Position numbers and translations under genes: made by a program. Of a stretch of DNA of 64,000 nucleotides, positions 31,723 through 42,808 are shown one piece after another. Numbering within the stretch: the first letter of the stretch is position 1; every line of letters starts with the position of its first letter. Origin of the DNA: Leptolyngbyaceae cyanobacterium (GTDB lineage Bacteria > Cyanobacteriota > Cyanobacteriia > Phormidesmidales > Phormidesmidaceae); assembly GCA_965263355.1 (NCBI GenBank), contig CBDHHL010000032.1, positions 3,008,001 through 3,072,000 on the forward strand, written 5' to 3'. Below the pieces are notes generated by a model. It saw nothing but the letters and a program-made list of their open reading frames with translations, did no database searches and was not told the origin of the DNA.

Positions 31723-31760
31723 GCTCTCTGCTCCACTCGAAACTTTGAGTAGCAGAGAGC
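31723..31760. terminator. Stem-loop downstream of the 2TM gene
   Basis: GCTCTCTGCT..ACTC-N8-GAGT-AGCAGAGAGC. Confidence 0.5.
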
Positions 31761-31845
31761 ATCAGCAAAACGTCTGTTAAAGCTGAAATACTACTCATAA
31801 ATTACGATTCAATGTCTTACCAAAAAAATTGACCTGGACTCCAGG

Positions 31846-32331
31846 CTAATTTGAGCCTAAAAAACGATTGACCACACCGTTGATTGTCTTTTGCATGCTG
31901 CGTTTGCGTCGCCATTGGTTGAGGTCCCGGTCGTAGCGTTCCCCTGAGGTTTGCAGAGTACGCCAGGTTTTTAACGATAGGCCTAGGCCCCAGAACAAGG
32001 CAACATAAAGTGAGAAACCTAGGTGTCCTAAAAAAGTACCGCCGGGAGTAAGGAAGTCCATCACGACTAAAAAGCTAACGATAATGCCATAGCGCACCAG
32101 TTGACTTTGGAGGCGTTGTAATCGCTGTTGTTGGAAAAGGCGATGGTCTTCGGCTTGACCCTTCATGATTTGCCATTCTTGCTCAGCGGTTTGTAGGGTG
32201 GCTGGGCTAATGTTGAGTTCTTCTGCAATTTCTAGCAGCTGTTGACGGGAGAGTTCGCCCGATTCGGTTTCCTGTGCGATCGCAATTTGCAAAATCCGCT
32301 GAGCATCTTCCATTCGGTAGAGCTGTTCCAT
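31846..32331 (-). CDS. 2TM domain-containing protein
   Basis: Y..EDAQRILQIAI...LSRQQLLEIAEELNI......AEQEW, then two TM helices ending WGLGL. Confidence 0.8.
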   Translation of the reverse strand: MEQLYRMEDAQRILQIAIAQETESGELSRQQLLEIAEELNISPATLQTAEQEWQIMKGQAEDHRLFQQQRLQRLQSQLVRYGIIVSFLVVMDFLTPGGTFLGHLGFSLYVALFWGLGLSLKTWRTLQTSGERYDRDLNQWRRKRSMQKTINGVVNRFLGSN

Positions 32332-32481
32332 GGCGCTGCTGACTATCAGGGGGTAAGGAGGGCAATGCCCACTGGTCAACGGCAAGATTTACACCGAGGA
32401 CCTATCCTAAGTTATAGATAATTTTATGGCGATTGAGCCAGGGGAATTGTCGGTCGGATAACCGTCATTGGGGGAATTGTG

Positions 32482-33279
32482 ATGTCTTTGATCGAGCTAA
32501 GTGGTTTGACCATTTACCCGATTAAATCAGCAGCGGGAATTGGTTTAGGTCAAGCCCAGATAACGATGCGGGGGATATTGCATGATCGGCGGTGGATGGT
32601 GTGCGATCGCAATGGCAAATTTCTGACTCAGCGCCAAATGCCTAAAATGGCCCTTATTCAGGTCGGTCTTGGTGAGACGTTGCATTTAAGCATTGCGGGA
32701 ACTGACTACTCTGCCATTGATGTGCCAACGGTGCCACCAGGATCTCAGTCTTTAAACGTAGATGTATGGGGCGATGACTGTGTAGCCTGGTCCATGGGCG
32801 ATGAGGTGGCTCAGTGGCTGACTGCTTTTTTAGGTGTGGACGCACAGCTCGTTTATATGCCCGAGAGTACCCATCGTCCGATAGACCATGGGCGGTTTGA
32901 GGCACCCAATAGCTTTGCTGATGCCTATCCGTTTTTGCTAATTTCCGAGGCCTCGTTAGCGGATTTGAATGGTCGTTTGGAGCAGCCGGTGCCCATGAAT
33001 CGATTTCGTCCTAACTTGGTCATCAAAGGATGTGAATCATTTGCTGAGGATGCCTGGAAGAAAATTAAAATTGGTGACATCTTGTTTGATGTGGCTAAAG
33101 CTTGCTCTCGCTGTTCTATTCCTGGGGTGGAGCAGGCTACGGGGGAACAAGGAAAGGAGCCGTTGACGACCCTGGCAACCTATCGCCGTTGGGACCATGC
33201 GATTTGGTTTGGGCAAAACTTAATTGCTCAGAATGAAGGGGTATTGAATATTGGCGATAAGGTCGAGATTTTGGCCTAG
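32482..33279 (+). CDS. MOSC domain protein (YcbX/mARC-like)
   Basis: IYPIKS, DRRWM, FADAYP, RFRPNLVI, ED.W, CSRC and FGQN motifs. Confidence 0.92.
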   Translation: MSLIELSGLTIYPIKSAAGIGLGQAQITMRGILHDRRWMVCDRNGKFLTQRQMPKMALIQVGLGETLHLSIAGTDYSAIDVPTVPPGSQSLNVDVWGDDCVAWSMGDEVAQWLTAFLGVDAQLVYMPESTHRPIDHGRFEAPNSFADAYPFLLISEASLADLNGRLEQPVPMNRFRPNLVIKGCESFAEDAWKKIKIGDILFDVAKACSRCSIPGVEQATGEQGKEPLTTLATYRRWDHAIWFGQNLIAQNEGVLNIGDKVEILA

Positions 33280-33292
33280 AAATAGGCAACAG

Positions 33293-33319
33293 GTAGGGGC
33301 GTTGCATGCAACGCCCCTA
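33293..33319. repeat. REP-like perfect palindrome
   Basis: G-TAGGGGCGTTGCATGCAACGCCCCTA: a 26-bp perfect palindrome (33294-33319) with a GTAG foot, between convergent genes. Confidence 0.8.
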
Positions 33320-33349
33320 ACGATATTTGGCGTTACCGATGTTCGGGAA

Positions 33350-34471
33350 TTACCGATGCCGGTCCTTATTAATAGTGGATTTCTCTAAGCTCGGTAATTT
33401 GTGAGAGTTGCGATAGCTAGAGGGTGGTGATGAGTTCCTTCGACGCATGGAGGGCATCTGGGGGCTCTGGGCCATCAGTTCACCGACGATAACATTGAGC
33501 TGGTCACCGATCAGCATGACTAACGAGGTCAAAAATAACCAGAGCAGCAAGATAATGACTGCACCCAGGGTGCCGTAAACCTTGTTGTAGTTGCCAAAGT
33601 GAGACAAGTACATTTTGTAGGAGGCCGATATCAGCGCCCAGGACAAGGCAGCCAGCACTGCCCCTGGCATTAATGGTTTTCCACGGGTCCAGCGGCTGGG
33701 ACCAAAGCGATAGACAAAGGCAAATGCAGCAGACACAATACTCAGGGCCAAAGGCCAAGTCAATAGCCCCCAAATTTTAAGTACCCACTCGGCTACGGTC
33801 TGATCGCTTTGCTGGGCCAGGAGGTTGATGACAACGGCACTGATAAAGACTAGATAGCAAGCCATCAGGAGCAGCATAATGGTGCCGATGGTAATGCCAA
33901 TGGAAAGGATACGGGCTTTCCAAAAAGGGCGACGCTGTTGGGGAGGAATCTGATGAATTTCGTCAAGGGCACGCATGGCGGCGCTAATGGCCCCAGAAGA
34001 CGCCCATAGGGCAATCACAAAACTAACGGAAAATAGACCCCGATTACCTCCGTCAGTGACTTCATTGGCAAATCCTTGGATCAGCTCATTAACGGCTTCT
34101 GGTGCAATCTCACTCAAGCTCATGGCTAACCGCTGAAAGGTTTCCTCCACAGAGTTGACAAACCCAATGGCAGTAATCATGGCGAGAATTCCTGGAAATA
34201 GACCAAGCATGGCATTGTATGCCATTTCTGATGCTAGGCTTGGAAGCCGCCGTTTGAGGGTGGCGTGGACAACGGCTTTAACGGTGTGAAAATTGATGTA
34301 ACTTAGAAAACGGATAAATTCGATCGGCGAAAATGTGCGAGTCAGGCGTTGTAGGGGACGCTGTTCGCAATAGGTGGTATATAGCGTCTGACGCAGCTTA
34401 GAATGCAGCGGACCAGTTTCTCGTGCGGGAAATTTTGGCAAAACGTCTAGCCAATCAAAACAATTCTTCAA
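33350..34471 (-). CDS. YihY/virulence factor BrkB family membrane protein
   Basis: ASEMAYNAMLGLFP, ALWASSG, YRFGP and YNKVYGTLGAVIILLLWL motifs. Start uncertain. Confidence 0.88.
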   Translation of the reverse strand: MKNCFDWLDVLPKFPARETGPLHSKLRQTLYTTYCEQRPLQRLTRTFSPIEFIRFLSYINFHTVKAVVHATLKRRLPSLASEMAYNAMLGLFPGILAMITAIGFVNSVEETFQRLAMSLSEIAPEAVNELIQGFANEVTDGGNRGLFSVSFVIALWASSGAISAAMRALDEIHQIPPQQRRPFWKARILSIGITIGTIMLLLMACYLVFISAVVINLLAQQSDQTVAEWVLKIWGLLTWPLALSIVSAAFAFVYRFGPSRWTRGKPLMPGAVLAALSWALISASYKMYLSHFGNYNKVYGTLGAVIILLLWLFLTSLVMLIGDQLNVIVGELMAQSPQMPSMRRRNSSPPSSYRNSHKLPSLEKSTINKDRHR

Positions 34472-34829
34472 AATACAGATTTCTATCTAGATGGCAAATA
34501 ACACACTTAGAAATCTTACGTTTTTAACCCTCAGCACCTATTTGTAACATACCCTTTTCCCTTAGACCGTTACGAACGAGTTGACGTCATTTTTTCTGAC
34601 CTTGATAAAGGTTGATGTTTTGATTCAAACTTTGTCCACACCCAGAACGGTCGTTTTTCCATAGACGAACTGACAGGGGTTAACTTGGACATGGTTTAGA
34701 CCATTTTCAAAACTCTAACTCTATATGGTGGGCGGCAATACCTACCTGAGGGCAGGGGGAACACCGATCATGGCATTGTTGGGGTTTTGCCTAGAATGCA
34801 AACAGGCGCACATTTAGGAGTCTGGGCTT

Positions 34830-37436
34830 ATGCAACCATCAAATCCTAATCAGTTTACTGAGAAAGCATGGGCTGCGATCGCAGCGACCACCGATTTGGC
34901 CAAACAGTGGCAGCATCAGCAACTTGAAACTGAACATTTGATGTTGGCCCTCTTGGAGCAGGATGGCTTAGCTGGCCGGATTTTGCAAAAGGCTGGAGCT
35001 GATGTCGAGCAACTGCGTAGTGCGACGGAAGCATTTTTACGTAAACAGCCCCAGGTAAAGGGTCAAAGCGACAACCTATATTTAGGTCGTTCTCTGAATA
35101 CCCTGTTGGATCATGCGGAGACAGATCGCAAAGCGTTTGAAGACGATTACATCTCTATTGAACATTTACTACTGGGGTATCCGGAAGATACCCGCTTTGG
35201 TAAATCCCTGCTGCGGGAGGCGGGTATCAACGCCAAGCAGCTCAAAACTGCTGTTAAACAAGTACGAGGCCATCAAAAGGTGACCGATCAAAACCCTGAA
35301 GGTAAATACGAAGCGCTAGAGAAATATGGGCGTGACCTGACTGAATATGCTCGCGAAGGTCGATTGGATCCGGTGATTGGTCGCGATGATGAAATTCGTC
35401 GGACGATTCAAATTTTGTCTCGTCGGACTAAAAATAATCCGGTGCTGATTGGTGAGCCCGGTGTTGGTAAGACGGCTATTGCGGAGGGCATGGCCCAGCG
35501 GATTATTAATAATGATGTGCCCCAGTCGCTGCGCGATCGCAAACTGATCGCCCTAGATATGGGGGCTCTCATTGCCGGTGCCAAATATCGTGGTGAATTT
35601 GAAGAGCGCTTAAAAGCCGTACTCAAAGAAGTGACTGATTCCCAGGGACAGATTATTCTCTTTATTGACGAAATTCACACTGTTGTGGGTGCGGGAGCCA
35701 CCCAGGGGGCTATGGATGCCGGTAACCTGCTGAAGCCGATGTTGGCTCGGGGGGAACTGCGCTGTATTGGGGCAACCACATTAGATGAATACCGCCAGTA
35801 CATTGAAAAGGATGCTGCGTTGGAGCGTCGTTTTCAACAGGTCTACATTGATCAGCCCACAGTGCCGGATACGATTTCCATCCTGCGGGGTCTGAAGGAA
35901 CGCTATGAGCTGCACCATGGTGTCACCATTGCGGACAATGCGCTGGTGGCAGCGGCAACTTTGTCAACCCGGTATATTAGCGATCGCTTTTTGCCTGACA
36001 AAGCCATTGACTTGGTGGATGAAGCAGCCGCTAAGTTGAAAATGGAGATCACATCCAAGCCAGAAGAGTTGGATGAAGTAGATCGCAAAATTTTGCAGCT
36101 AGAAATGGAGCGTTTGTCGCTTAAAAATGAAACCGATGCCGGATCGATTGAACGATTGGCTCGGTTAGAAAGAGAACTTGCTAACTTGAAAGAAGAACAA
36201 AGTTCACTGAATGCCCAATGGCAATCCGAGAAAGACGGTATCGATCAAATTCAGGTAATTAAGGAAGAGATTGATAAAGTCAATATCGAAATTGCCCAGG
36301 CTGAGCGAGACTACGACTATAATCGTGCGGCTGAGCTGAAGTATGGCAAGTTGAATGAGTTACAGGAAAAAGTCTCTCAGGCAGAAAAGCGACTGGCTGA
36401 ATCTCAGTCTAGTGGTAAAACTCTGTTGCGAGAAGAAGTAACAGAAGAAGACATTGCTGAAATTATCTCTAAATGGACCGGTATTCCGATCAGCAAGCTG
36501 GTGCAGTCAGAAATGCAAAAGCTGTTGTTGTTAGAGGATGAGCTACACCAGCGGGTAATTGGTCAGGATGAAGCAGTGACGGCAGTGGCTGATGCCATCC
36601 AGCGCTCACGGGCGGGTCTGGCCGATCCCAATCGGCCTACGGCCAGCTTTATTTTCTTAGGTCCCACAGGGGTGGGTAAAACTGAGCTGGCGAAAGCGTT
36701 GGCGAGCTATCTGTTTGATACTGAAGAGGCGATTGTCCGTATTGATATGTCGGAGTACATGGAGAAACATGCGGTCTCTCGTTTAATCGGTGCACCTCCA
36801 GGATATGTCGGCTATGATGAGGGTGGTCAGCTGACCGAAGCACTGCGTCGTCGTCCGTACTCAGTCATTCTCTTTGATGAGATCGAGAAAGCCCATCCCG
36901 ATGTATTTAACATTATGTTACAGATTCTCGATGATGGTCGGGTGACGGATGCTCAAGGTCGCACCGTCGACTTTAAGAATTCGGTGATCATTATGACCAG
37001 CAACATTGGCTCCCAGTTTATTCTCGATGTAGCGGGTGATGATAGTCGCTATGAGGAGATGCGCAGCCGGGTAATGGATTCGCTGCGTTCTAACTTTCGG
37101 CCTGAGTTTCTGAACCGGGTGGATGAGATGATTATCTTCCATAGTTTGCAGAAGTCTCAGTTGCGGGAGATTGTTAAACTGCAGGCTAAGGCTTTGGAGA
37201 AACGGTTGGCGGACCAGAAGATTGGCTTGTCGTTGTCGGAGGCAGCGTTAGACTTTCTGGCGGATGTGGGCTATGACCCGGTATATGGGGCAAGGCCATT
37301 GAAGCGAGCGATTCAGCGAGAGTTGGAGACTGCGATCGCAAAAGGTATTCTCCGAGGAGACTACAAAAGCAGCGATACAATTACCGTGGATGTGGAAAAT
37401 GAGCGACTGGTCTTTAAAGTGGCAGCAATAGTTTAG
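34830..37436 (+). CDS. clpB: ATP-dependent chaperone ClpB
   Basis: Clp N repeats, two AAA+ modules ([16 protein letters not shown]), coiled-coil M domain and [15 protein letters not shown] upstream. Confidence 0.97.
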   Translation: MQPSNPNQFTEKAWAAIAATTDLAKQWQHQQLETEHLMLALLEQDGLAGRILQKAGADVEQLRSATEAFLRKQPQVKGQSDNLYLGRSLNTLLDHAETDRKAFEDDYISIEHLLLGYPEDTRFGKSLLREAGINAKQLKTAVKQVRGHQKVTDQNPEGKYEALEKYGRDLTEYAREGRLDPVIGRDDEIRRTIQILSRRTKNNPVLIGEPGVGKTAIAEGMAQRIINNDVPQSLRDRKLIALDMGALIAGAKYRGEFEERLKAVLKEVTDSQGQIILFIDEIHTVVGAGATQGAMDAGNLLKPMLARGELRCIGATTLDEYRQYIEKDAALERRFQQVYIDQPTVPDTISILRGLKERYELHHGVTIADNALVAAATLSTRYISDRFLPDKAIDLVDEAAAKLKMEITSKPEELDEVDRKILQLEMERLSLKNETDAGSIERLARLERELANLKEEQSSLNAQWQSEKDGIDQIQVIKEEIDKVNIEIAQAERDYDYNRAAELKYGKLNELQEKVSQAEKRLAESQSSGKTLLREEVTEEDIAEIISKWTGIPISKLVQSEMQKLLLLEDELHQRVIGQDEAVTAVADAIQRSRAGLADPNRPTASFIFLGPTGVGKTELAKALASYLFDTEEAIVRIDMSEYMEKHAVSRLIGAPPGYVGYDEGGQLTEALRRRPYSVILFDEIEKAHPDVFNIMLQILDDGRVTDAQGRTVDFKNSVIIMTSNIGSQFILDVAGDDSRYEEMRSRVMDSLRSNFRPEFLNRVDEMIIFHSLQKSQLREIVKLQAKALEKRLADQKIGLSLSEAALDFLADVGYDPVYGARPLKRAIQRELETAIAKGILRGDYKSSDTITVDVENERLVFKVAAIV

Positions 37437-37549
37437 ACGAAAGTTTCAAGTCTTGATTAACACTGGCATTTAAGGAACTCACCCCCTTGAAGAACGTCCT
37501 TGGGCAGAAGGGGGTACGAGTTTCCAGTAGTTTTATGTCAGTGTAATTC

Positions 37550-38697
37550 ATGCGTATTTATACTACATTTCAATCCTTCGCTGCAGCGTCCCTCGGTCTT
37601 ACCGTTCTAACTACAGGAACGGCACAGGCTGCTTCATTTCAAGATTAGGTGAAATTGACTTTCCCGGTTTTGTGTCAGAACTGTTTGTTCTAGATATTTC
37701 TGCAGACGGTTCAACGGTTGGTGGTAGCCTTGGTAATCCAACTGGTCGAGGTCTTGAAGGGTTTATTTGGCGAGACTCCACGGGCCTGGAACGTAGCTTT
37801 GATCCTGTGAGTTCAATTTCAGCCGATGGCTCTATGACTGCTTTTGCCGGTTCTTTTACAGTGGGTTCCAGACCTGATTACATCTCAGGAGATGGAACGG
37901 TAACTGTACGAACAGAAGGCGCAGAAGATCGTGGTGGTCCAGGTTATACTACCGTAGTAGTATCAAATTTTGGAGACATTGGTGGTGTACCAGGAAAAGA
38001 ATACCTCACATTTGCTCGCGATATTTCCACCGACGGCTCTACAGTCGTAGGGGTTAGTGGTACAGTCAGCTCTGCCAACGCTGCCAATGTTAATGGTAAC
38101 TGGTATGAGTATCCCGTGTCTGTTGACGCCGAAGCCTTTGTCTGGAATCCTGAGCAGGGCATTATGGGGCTTGGCGATCTGTCGGGTGGTAGCATTTTCA
38201 GTGCGGCTTATGGTGTTTCAGCTGATGGGTCTACTGTGGTTGGTCAGAGTAGTTCTGCTAATGGGACAGAAGCCTTTGTCTGGACTGCTGGGAGTGGTAT
38301 GGTCGGTCTTGGCGATTTAGCAGGTGGTGTTTTCGCTAGCTTGGCAGAGGATGCCTCAGCCGATGGTAAGAGCATTGTGGGCTTTGCCACAACCGATGAA
38401 GGTGAGATTCCTTTTCTATGGACTGAAGAGGATGGTATGCGCTCGATGCAGCAATTGTTGATGGATGATTTTGCGTTAGATTTAACAGGTTGGAAATTAA
38501 CTGGCAGAAGTGTTATCTCAGACGATGGTCTGACGGTGGCTGGTCAGGGGATTAATCCTAATGGTAAGTCGGAAGCCTGGATCGCTCGCTTAGATATGCC
38601 CTCTGAGCCAACGGCAGAGTCTGTGCCAGAGCCTGGTAGTTTAATGGGGCTGATGGCGATAGTGGGTATTGGTTTCGGTCTCAAGCGAAAGTGCTAA
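37550..38697 (+). pseudogene. PEP-CTERM extracellular HAF-type repeat protein, frameshifted right after the signal peptide
   Basis: ATG 37550 gives MRIYTTFQSFAAASLGLTVLTTGTAQAASFQD* (TAG at 37646). Adding one G at 37643 restores AASFQGLGEIDF... in frame with ORF 37672-38697. The paralogue reads AASFQGLG. C-terminus VPEP-TM-KRK. Confidence 0.8.
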
Positions 38698-38717
38698 CTT
38701 AATGCGAGACACGTGAC

Positions 38718-38770
38718 CCAGCAAAGAATACGGAATGTGGAAAATTCCCTTTTGACTTCCGTATTCTGGG
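38718..38770. terminator. Inverted repeat between the two PEP-CTERM genes
   Basis: CCCAG..GAATACGGAA ... TTCCGTATTCTGGG. Confidence 0.4.
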
Positions 38771-38965
38771 CAGGCCAGCATAATACAGAAGAAGGCTTTT
38801 TAACATAAAGTATCGGATTTTTCATCGAAAACTCCCTGAATTCGGCAATTTATCCTGACGTTTCTGCGGCTGAAACTATTATTTCTGACCGTCGTCTTGC
38901 GTCATAAGAATGGGGATGCAATTTCGGTGTTTTAGACATTTTCAAGTAAAGTGCATATCCGTGGT

Positions 38966-40069
38966 ATGAAATTATACGCTTTGGCCATTGCAACTCTTGG
39001 CCTGATGGAACTGACTGCCGGTGCTGCTAATGCAGCATCATTTCAAGGTCTCGGTAATGATGACCCTTTTTCAAATGTTACGGTTTTAGATATTTCCCCA
39101 GACGGTTCAACTGTTGGCGGAAGTATCGGTTCTCCATTTTCTCCATTGTCCAGTGGCTTTCTGTGGACAGAATCGACAGGGTTTACGTCTGTTAGTAGTC
39201 CTGTAACCTCCATCTCAGCTGATGGTTCTGACTTTGCTGTTGCCGATATTTTTCAAGCTGGTGTTAGGCCTGTCTTTATTTCTGGCGATGGTTCTGTGGT
39301 TGTCCGAGAAACAGGTGGTTCAACAGATCGTGGCGAGCCTGCTGATACGCCTTCCTTTATTGTGTTGCCGGGTGTTGGCGACATTGGTGACTTGCCGGGA
39401 GGTAGCCGAACCGTATCTCCCACTGGACTCTCAACTGATGGTTCTACCATAATTGGTACGAGCGGTTCCGACAATGGCCGTGAAGGCTTTGTCTGGAGAG
39501 AGGACACCGGCATTCTTGCACTTAGCGAGTTAACAGGTAATTTTCGCGATATTCCATTAGATGTCTCGGCAGATGGCGATGCTATTGTGGGTGAGCAGGC
39601 AGGCTCTGGCCTAGCATTTCTTTGGACAGCAGATAATGGTCGAGTAGATATTGTTCCTAGTGGTTCATCTAGGGGCATAGATGGTCTGAGTGCTAACAGT
39701 GTCTCGGCGGACGGTCAAACTGTCCTAGGCTCAACGTCGTTTGACGCTCTATTCCTGCCTGGGCAGCCCTCGATTCCTTTTATTTGGACAGAGGCTGAGG
39801 GCACTCGTGAGCTGCAGGGCTATTTAACCACCGATTTTGGTCTAGATCTAACCGGTTGGCAGCTTACTGGCGAGAGTTTTATCTCTGATGATGGTTTGAC
39901 TATTGCTGGTCAGGGAACTAACCCAGACGGTGAACCCGAGGCGTGGATTGCTCGTTTGGATATGCCTGGCGAGCCTAGTCAGGCTGTACCTGAACCGGGC
40001 AGTTTGCTGGGTCTAGCGCTGTTGGGTGGTCTTGGTTTGAAGCTCAAGACAAGAAATGCTGCTAGCTAG
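38966..40069 (+). CDS. PEP-CTERM extracellular protein with HAF-type repeats
   Basis: Signal peptide ending ANA-ASFQGLG, repeated (I/V)S.DGS.VVG...F.WT units, and VPEPGSLLGL-TM-KLKTR. Confidence 0.88.
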   Translation: MKLYALAIATLGLMELTAGAANAASFQGLGNDDPFSNVTVLDISPDGSTVGGSIGSPFSPLSSGFLWTESTGFTSVSSPVTSISADGSDFAVADIFQAGVRPVFISGDGSVVVRETGGSTDRGEPADTPSFIVLPGVGDIGDLPGGSRTVSPTGLSTDGSTIIGTSGSDNGREGFVWREDTGILALSELTGNFRDIPLDVSADGDAIVGEQAGSGLAFLWTADNGRVDIVPSGSSRGIDGLSANSVSADGQTVLGSTSFDALFLPGQPSIPFIWTEAEGTRELQGYLTTDFGLDLTGWQLTGESFISDDGLTIAGQGTNPDGEPEAWIARLDMPGEPSQAVPEPGSLLGLALLGGLGLKLKTRNAAS

Positions 40070-40261
40070 GTTTAGTGGCTGGGATTGATACGGGCTAAGG
40101 CTAAATCATAAATGTTAAGAGTCTTAGCGTACATCATAGGGTCGGAGTGTTTGGTAGAGGGATTTTTCTCTATGTCAGGCGCTCCGATACTAGTTTTTGG
40201 GTTGACTGATGTCTCGCTAAACGTTGCTGCAGCTGGTGACGTGTCGTTTAAGCAGATCTAG

Positions 40262-40316
40262 GCGTCCACTTCGACTGTGCTCAGTGGACGCGACTTTGAC
40301 TGGGCTCAGTGGACGC
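40262..40316. repeat. Two tandem REP-like units
   Basis: GCGTCCACT-TCGACTGTGCTC-AGTGGACGC hairpin, followed by the partial copy ACTTTGACTGGGCTCAGTGGACGC. Confidence 0.65.
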
Positions 40317-40428
40317 TGATTAGTGTGTGTGGCGGAGCCACTGGGTATATTCACAGACTAGGCCGGATTGCTATCATGGCCAGCTAAACTGTAGATGTCG
40401 CTGCTTCTGGTGTGGAGAAAATTACACG

Positions 40429-41067
40429 ATGACTAGAGCGCCAATCCTTGACCCAACTAAGGACTATACATTTAGCAAGTATGCAGAACTGCCCTTTGAT
40501 GCGGCTGATATTCTGGCAGAGTTTGGTGTCACACTGAAGAATAGCGCACTGGATTTACCACAGCAGCTACCGTTAGATCCATCTAGTCTCAAGACAGAAC
40601 TGCAAGAGAATTTAACCTTTGTCGATCCGTCTTCAGAGATTGCCCGACGAGAAGCACTGATTTTTCCCGTATTGAGAACGGGATGTAAGTCAATTCAAGC
40701 ACCTCTAAAGATTGAATATCCAGTGCGTGTAAATTCTAAACTCAAAGGTAATTTAAACTATCTAATTCCAGCTGCTCAAAATTTGTTGGTCATTGAAGCA
40801 AAGAATGCAGACCTATCGCGGGGATTTACTCAGTTAGCTGTGGAACTAATCGCACTGGACCAGTGGACTGATGCAATCAACCCTATACTCTATGGAACAG
40901 TGACTACTGGGGATACATGGAAGTTTGGCTTGTTTGAACGTGAAGCCAAGGTGGTGCAAAAGGATATGAATATCGATGCGGTGCCTCATGATTTAGAGCA
41001 GGTGCTGTCTATTTTGTTTGGGATTACCCTGGGTAAGGAAGATGGGGGGCTGGATTTGTTGGATTGA
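40429..41067 (+). CDS. Hypothetical protein with PD-(D/E)xK restriction-endonuclease-like fold (HsdR N-terminal-like)
   Basis: SEIARRE.LIFP.L, IEYP, LLVIEAK..D...GFTQL..E and YG.VTTG..WKF motifs. Confidence 0.7.
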   Translation: MTRAPILDPTKDYTFSKYAELPFDAADILAEFGVTLKNSALDLPQQLPLDPSSLKTELQENLTFVDPSSEIARREALIFPVLRTGCKSIQAPLKIEYPVRVNSKLKGNLNYLIPAAQNLLVIEAKNADLSRGFTQLAVELIALDQWTDAINPILYGTVTTGDTWKFGLFEREAKVVQKDMNIDAVPHDLEQVLSILFGITLGKEDGGLDLLD

Positions 41068-41428
41068 TGCAGTTGTGCCGTAGGTTGGGTTGCCCCTTTT
41101 CTGGATGTTTGCATCCTGTCGTGGAACATATGTAACCCAACAATTGGAAAATGTGGGTGTTGGATTTGTTGGGTTGGTTAGGGGTGGGTGTGGTGGCGAA
41201 AGTTTTGGTTTGGTGGCAACTTTGTTTGGGATTACCCTGGGTAAGGAAGATAGGGGGCTGGATTTGTTGGGTTGATGCAGTTGTGCCGTAGGTTGGGTTG
41301 CCCCTTTTCTGGATGTTTGCATCCTGTCGTGGAACATATGTAACCCAACAATTGGAAAATGTGGGTGTTGGATTTGTTGGGTTGGTTAGGGGTGGATGTG
41401 GTGGCGAAAGTTTTGGTTTGGTGGCAAC
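41013..41428. repeat. 208-bp direct tandem duplication
   Basis: Copies at 41013-41220 and 41221-41428, with 3 mismatches seen by eye. It includes the 3' end of the upstream CDS and a GTAGGTTGGGTTGC REP-like arm. Confidence 0.95.
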
Positions 41429-41511
41429 CCAACCTACGTTTTGGGGATCGAATACGATTTGGTGATGTGAATTTTGGTGATGGAATTTTGGATGGGGCTA
41501 TCAATGTCGGA

Positions 41512-41555
41512 GGGCAATCATAAGGGATTGTTTCGCAATCCCCGATTGCCCCTAC
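41512..41555. repeat. REP-like hairpin
   Basis: GGGCAATC-ATAA-GGGATTG-TTTCG-CAATCCC-GATTGCCC-CTAC (GTAG foot on the minus strand). Confidence 0.65.
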
Positions 41556-41569
41556 AATAACAAATCCCG

Positions 41570-42808
41570 TTATTCTGCTAATACTAGGGTTTGATTAACG
41601 GTGAGGGCCAGGTCATTGTCAGGATTAATCGCAATGACTTCTACACGCTCTCGTCCGAGCACTAGACCACCCAGTGCTCCAGCAACGGTACCTGTCAACA
41701 CTTCCCATGTTTGAATCTCATCATCACCGGTTACCGAAGCAACGGCAGCTGCCGCACCAGACCCCAACACAGCTCCAGCGAATATTTCACCAACACTTGC
41801 GCCCCGACGGATAGTTTCCGTGGTGGTGATTACCTTAGACTGAGCCTGTAAGTCAAGACGACGACCATCCGGTAATTCTAAGGTTTGAGCAACAAATTGA
41901 GTGCCTGGTTGAGAGCCAACGGTAATAGGACGTAACTCTCCAATGACTTGGCTATTACGGGGAATGAGTAGTTGACCTTGACTATCCCTAACAGCGTCAT
42001 CTACCTCAAGGGTAAGCGGTAGAATCTCATCTGGTAATAGAACAATTTTATCTCCATCATCATAGGTGACAGGAATCGTGGTGCCTGCTGAAACCGCTGA
42101 CTGAACAGTTGTGGTTGTCGTGCTTACTTTAACAATATAAGGAGACTGGACCGTAGCGACCTGATTTTGGCTGGCTAATGCCTGATAAATAAAGGCGGCT
42201 ACATCTGCCCTGGTTGCTGTTTGGTTAGGACGCAATACCTCAACATTAGGATAGTTGACGACTAGCTGTTGTTCTGTGGCAGCGGCAATGCTGGTAGTGG
42301 CGTAGCTAGGAATGGAGCTAGAATCGCTGTAAACGTTGGCACTGGCAATGGTGGTGGCTTGATAGTCGAGACCATTGGCTAGGGAGACGAGTACCTGGGC
42401 GCGGGGAATATTCTGATTTGGCTGAAATATATTGTTGGGGTAGCCGGATAAAAAGCCCATACGATAGGCTTCATTAATGGCCCCAGCGGCCCAGAAGGTG
42501 CTTGAGACATCTACGAATGAGGTAGAGCTGCGGATATAGGTTTTGCTAAATGCCTTACGTACCATGGCGGCATACTGGGCACGGGTTACGGGCTCGTCGG
42601 GGCGAAATGAACCATCGGGAAAGCCTGCAATGATGTCTCTCTCGGCCAGACTGATGATAAATTCACTAGCCCAATGGCTGGCTGAGACATCGGTAAATTG
42701 GATTTGGGTTTGGGCAACAACAGGTGCAGGGGTGGTGAGGGGGGCAAGTGAACCTGCTCCCATGGCTAAGGTGATTAATAAAGCGGTTGTTGTTTGGAAG
42801 TGTCGCAT
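41570..42808 (-). CDS. S-layer homology (SLH) domain secreted protein
   Basis: Signal peptide, three SLH repeats (FTDV..HWA...I.GFPDGSFRPDEPVTRAQ), and a C-terminal glycine-zipper-like segment. Confidence 0.9.
   Translation of the reverse strand: MRHFQTTTALLITLAMGAGSLAPLTTPAPVVAQTQIQFTDVSASHWASEFIISLAERDIIAGFPDGSFRPDEPVTRAQYAAMVRKAFSKTYIRSSTSFVDVSSTFWAAGAINEAYRMGFLSGYPNNIFQPNQNIPRAQVLVSLANGLDYQATTIASANVYSDSSSIPSYATTSIAAATEQQLVVNYPNVEVLRPNQTATRADVAAFIYQALASQNQVATVQSPYIVKVSTTTTTVQSAVSAGTTIPVTYDDGDKIVLLPDEILPLTLEVDDAVRDSQGQLLIPRNSQVIGELRPITVGSQPGTQFVAQTLELPDGRRLDLQAQSKVITTTETIRRGASVGEIFAGAVLGSGAAAAVASVTGDDEIQTWEVLTGTVAGALGGLVLGRERVEVIAINPDNDLALTVNQTLVLAE

Noticed and set aside
34472..34829. CIRCE or K-box upstream of clpB
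   Set aside because: No TTAGCACTC-N9-GAGTGCTAA. Only weak partial K-box-like matches near 34730-34770.
40993..41504. Short ORFs across the 208-bp duplication
   Set aside because: Low-complexity products of duplicated non-coding, G/T-skewed DNA.
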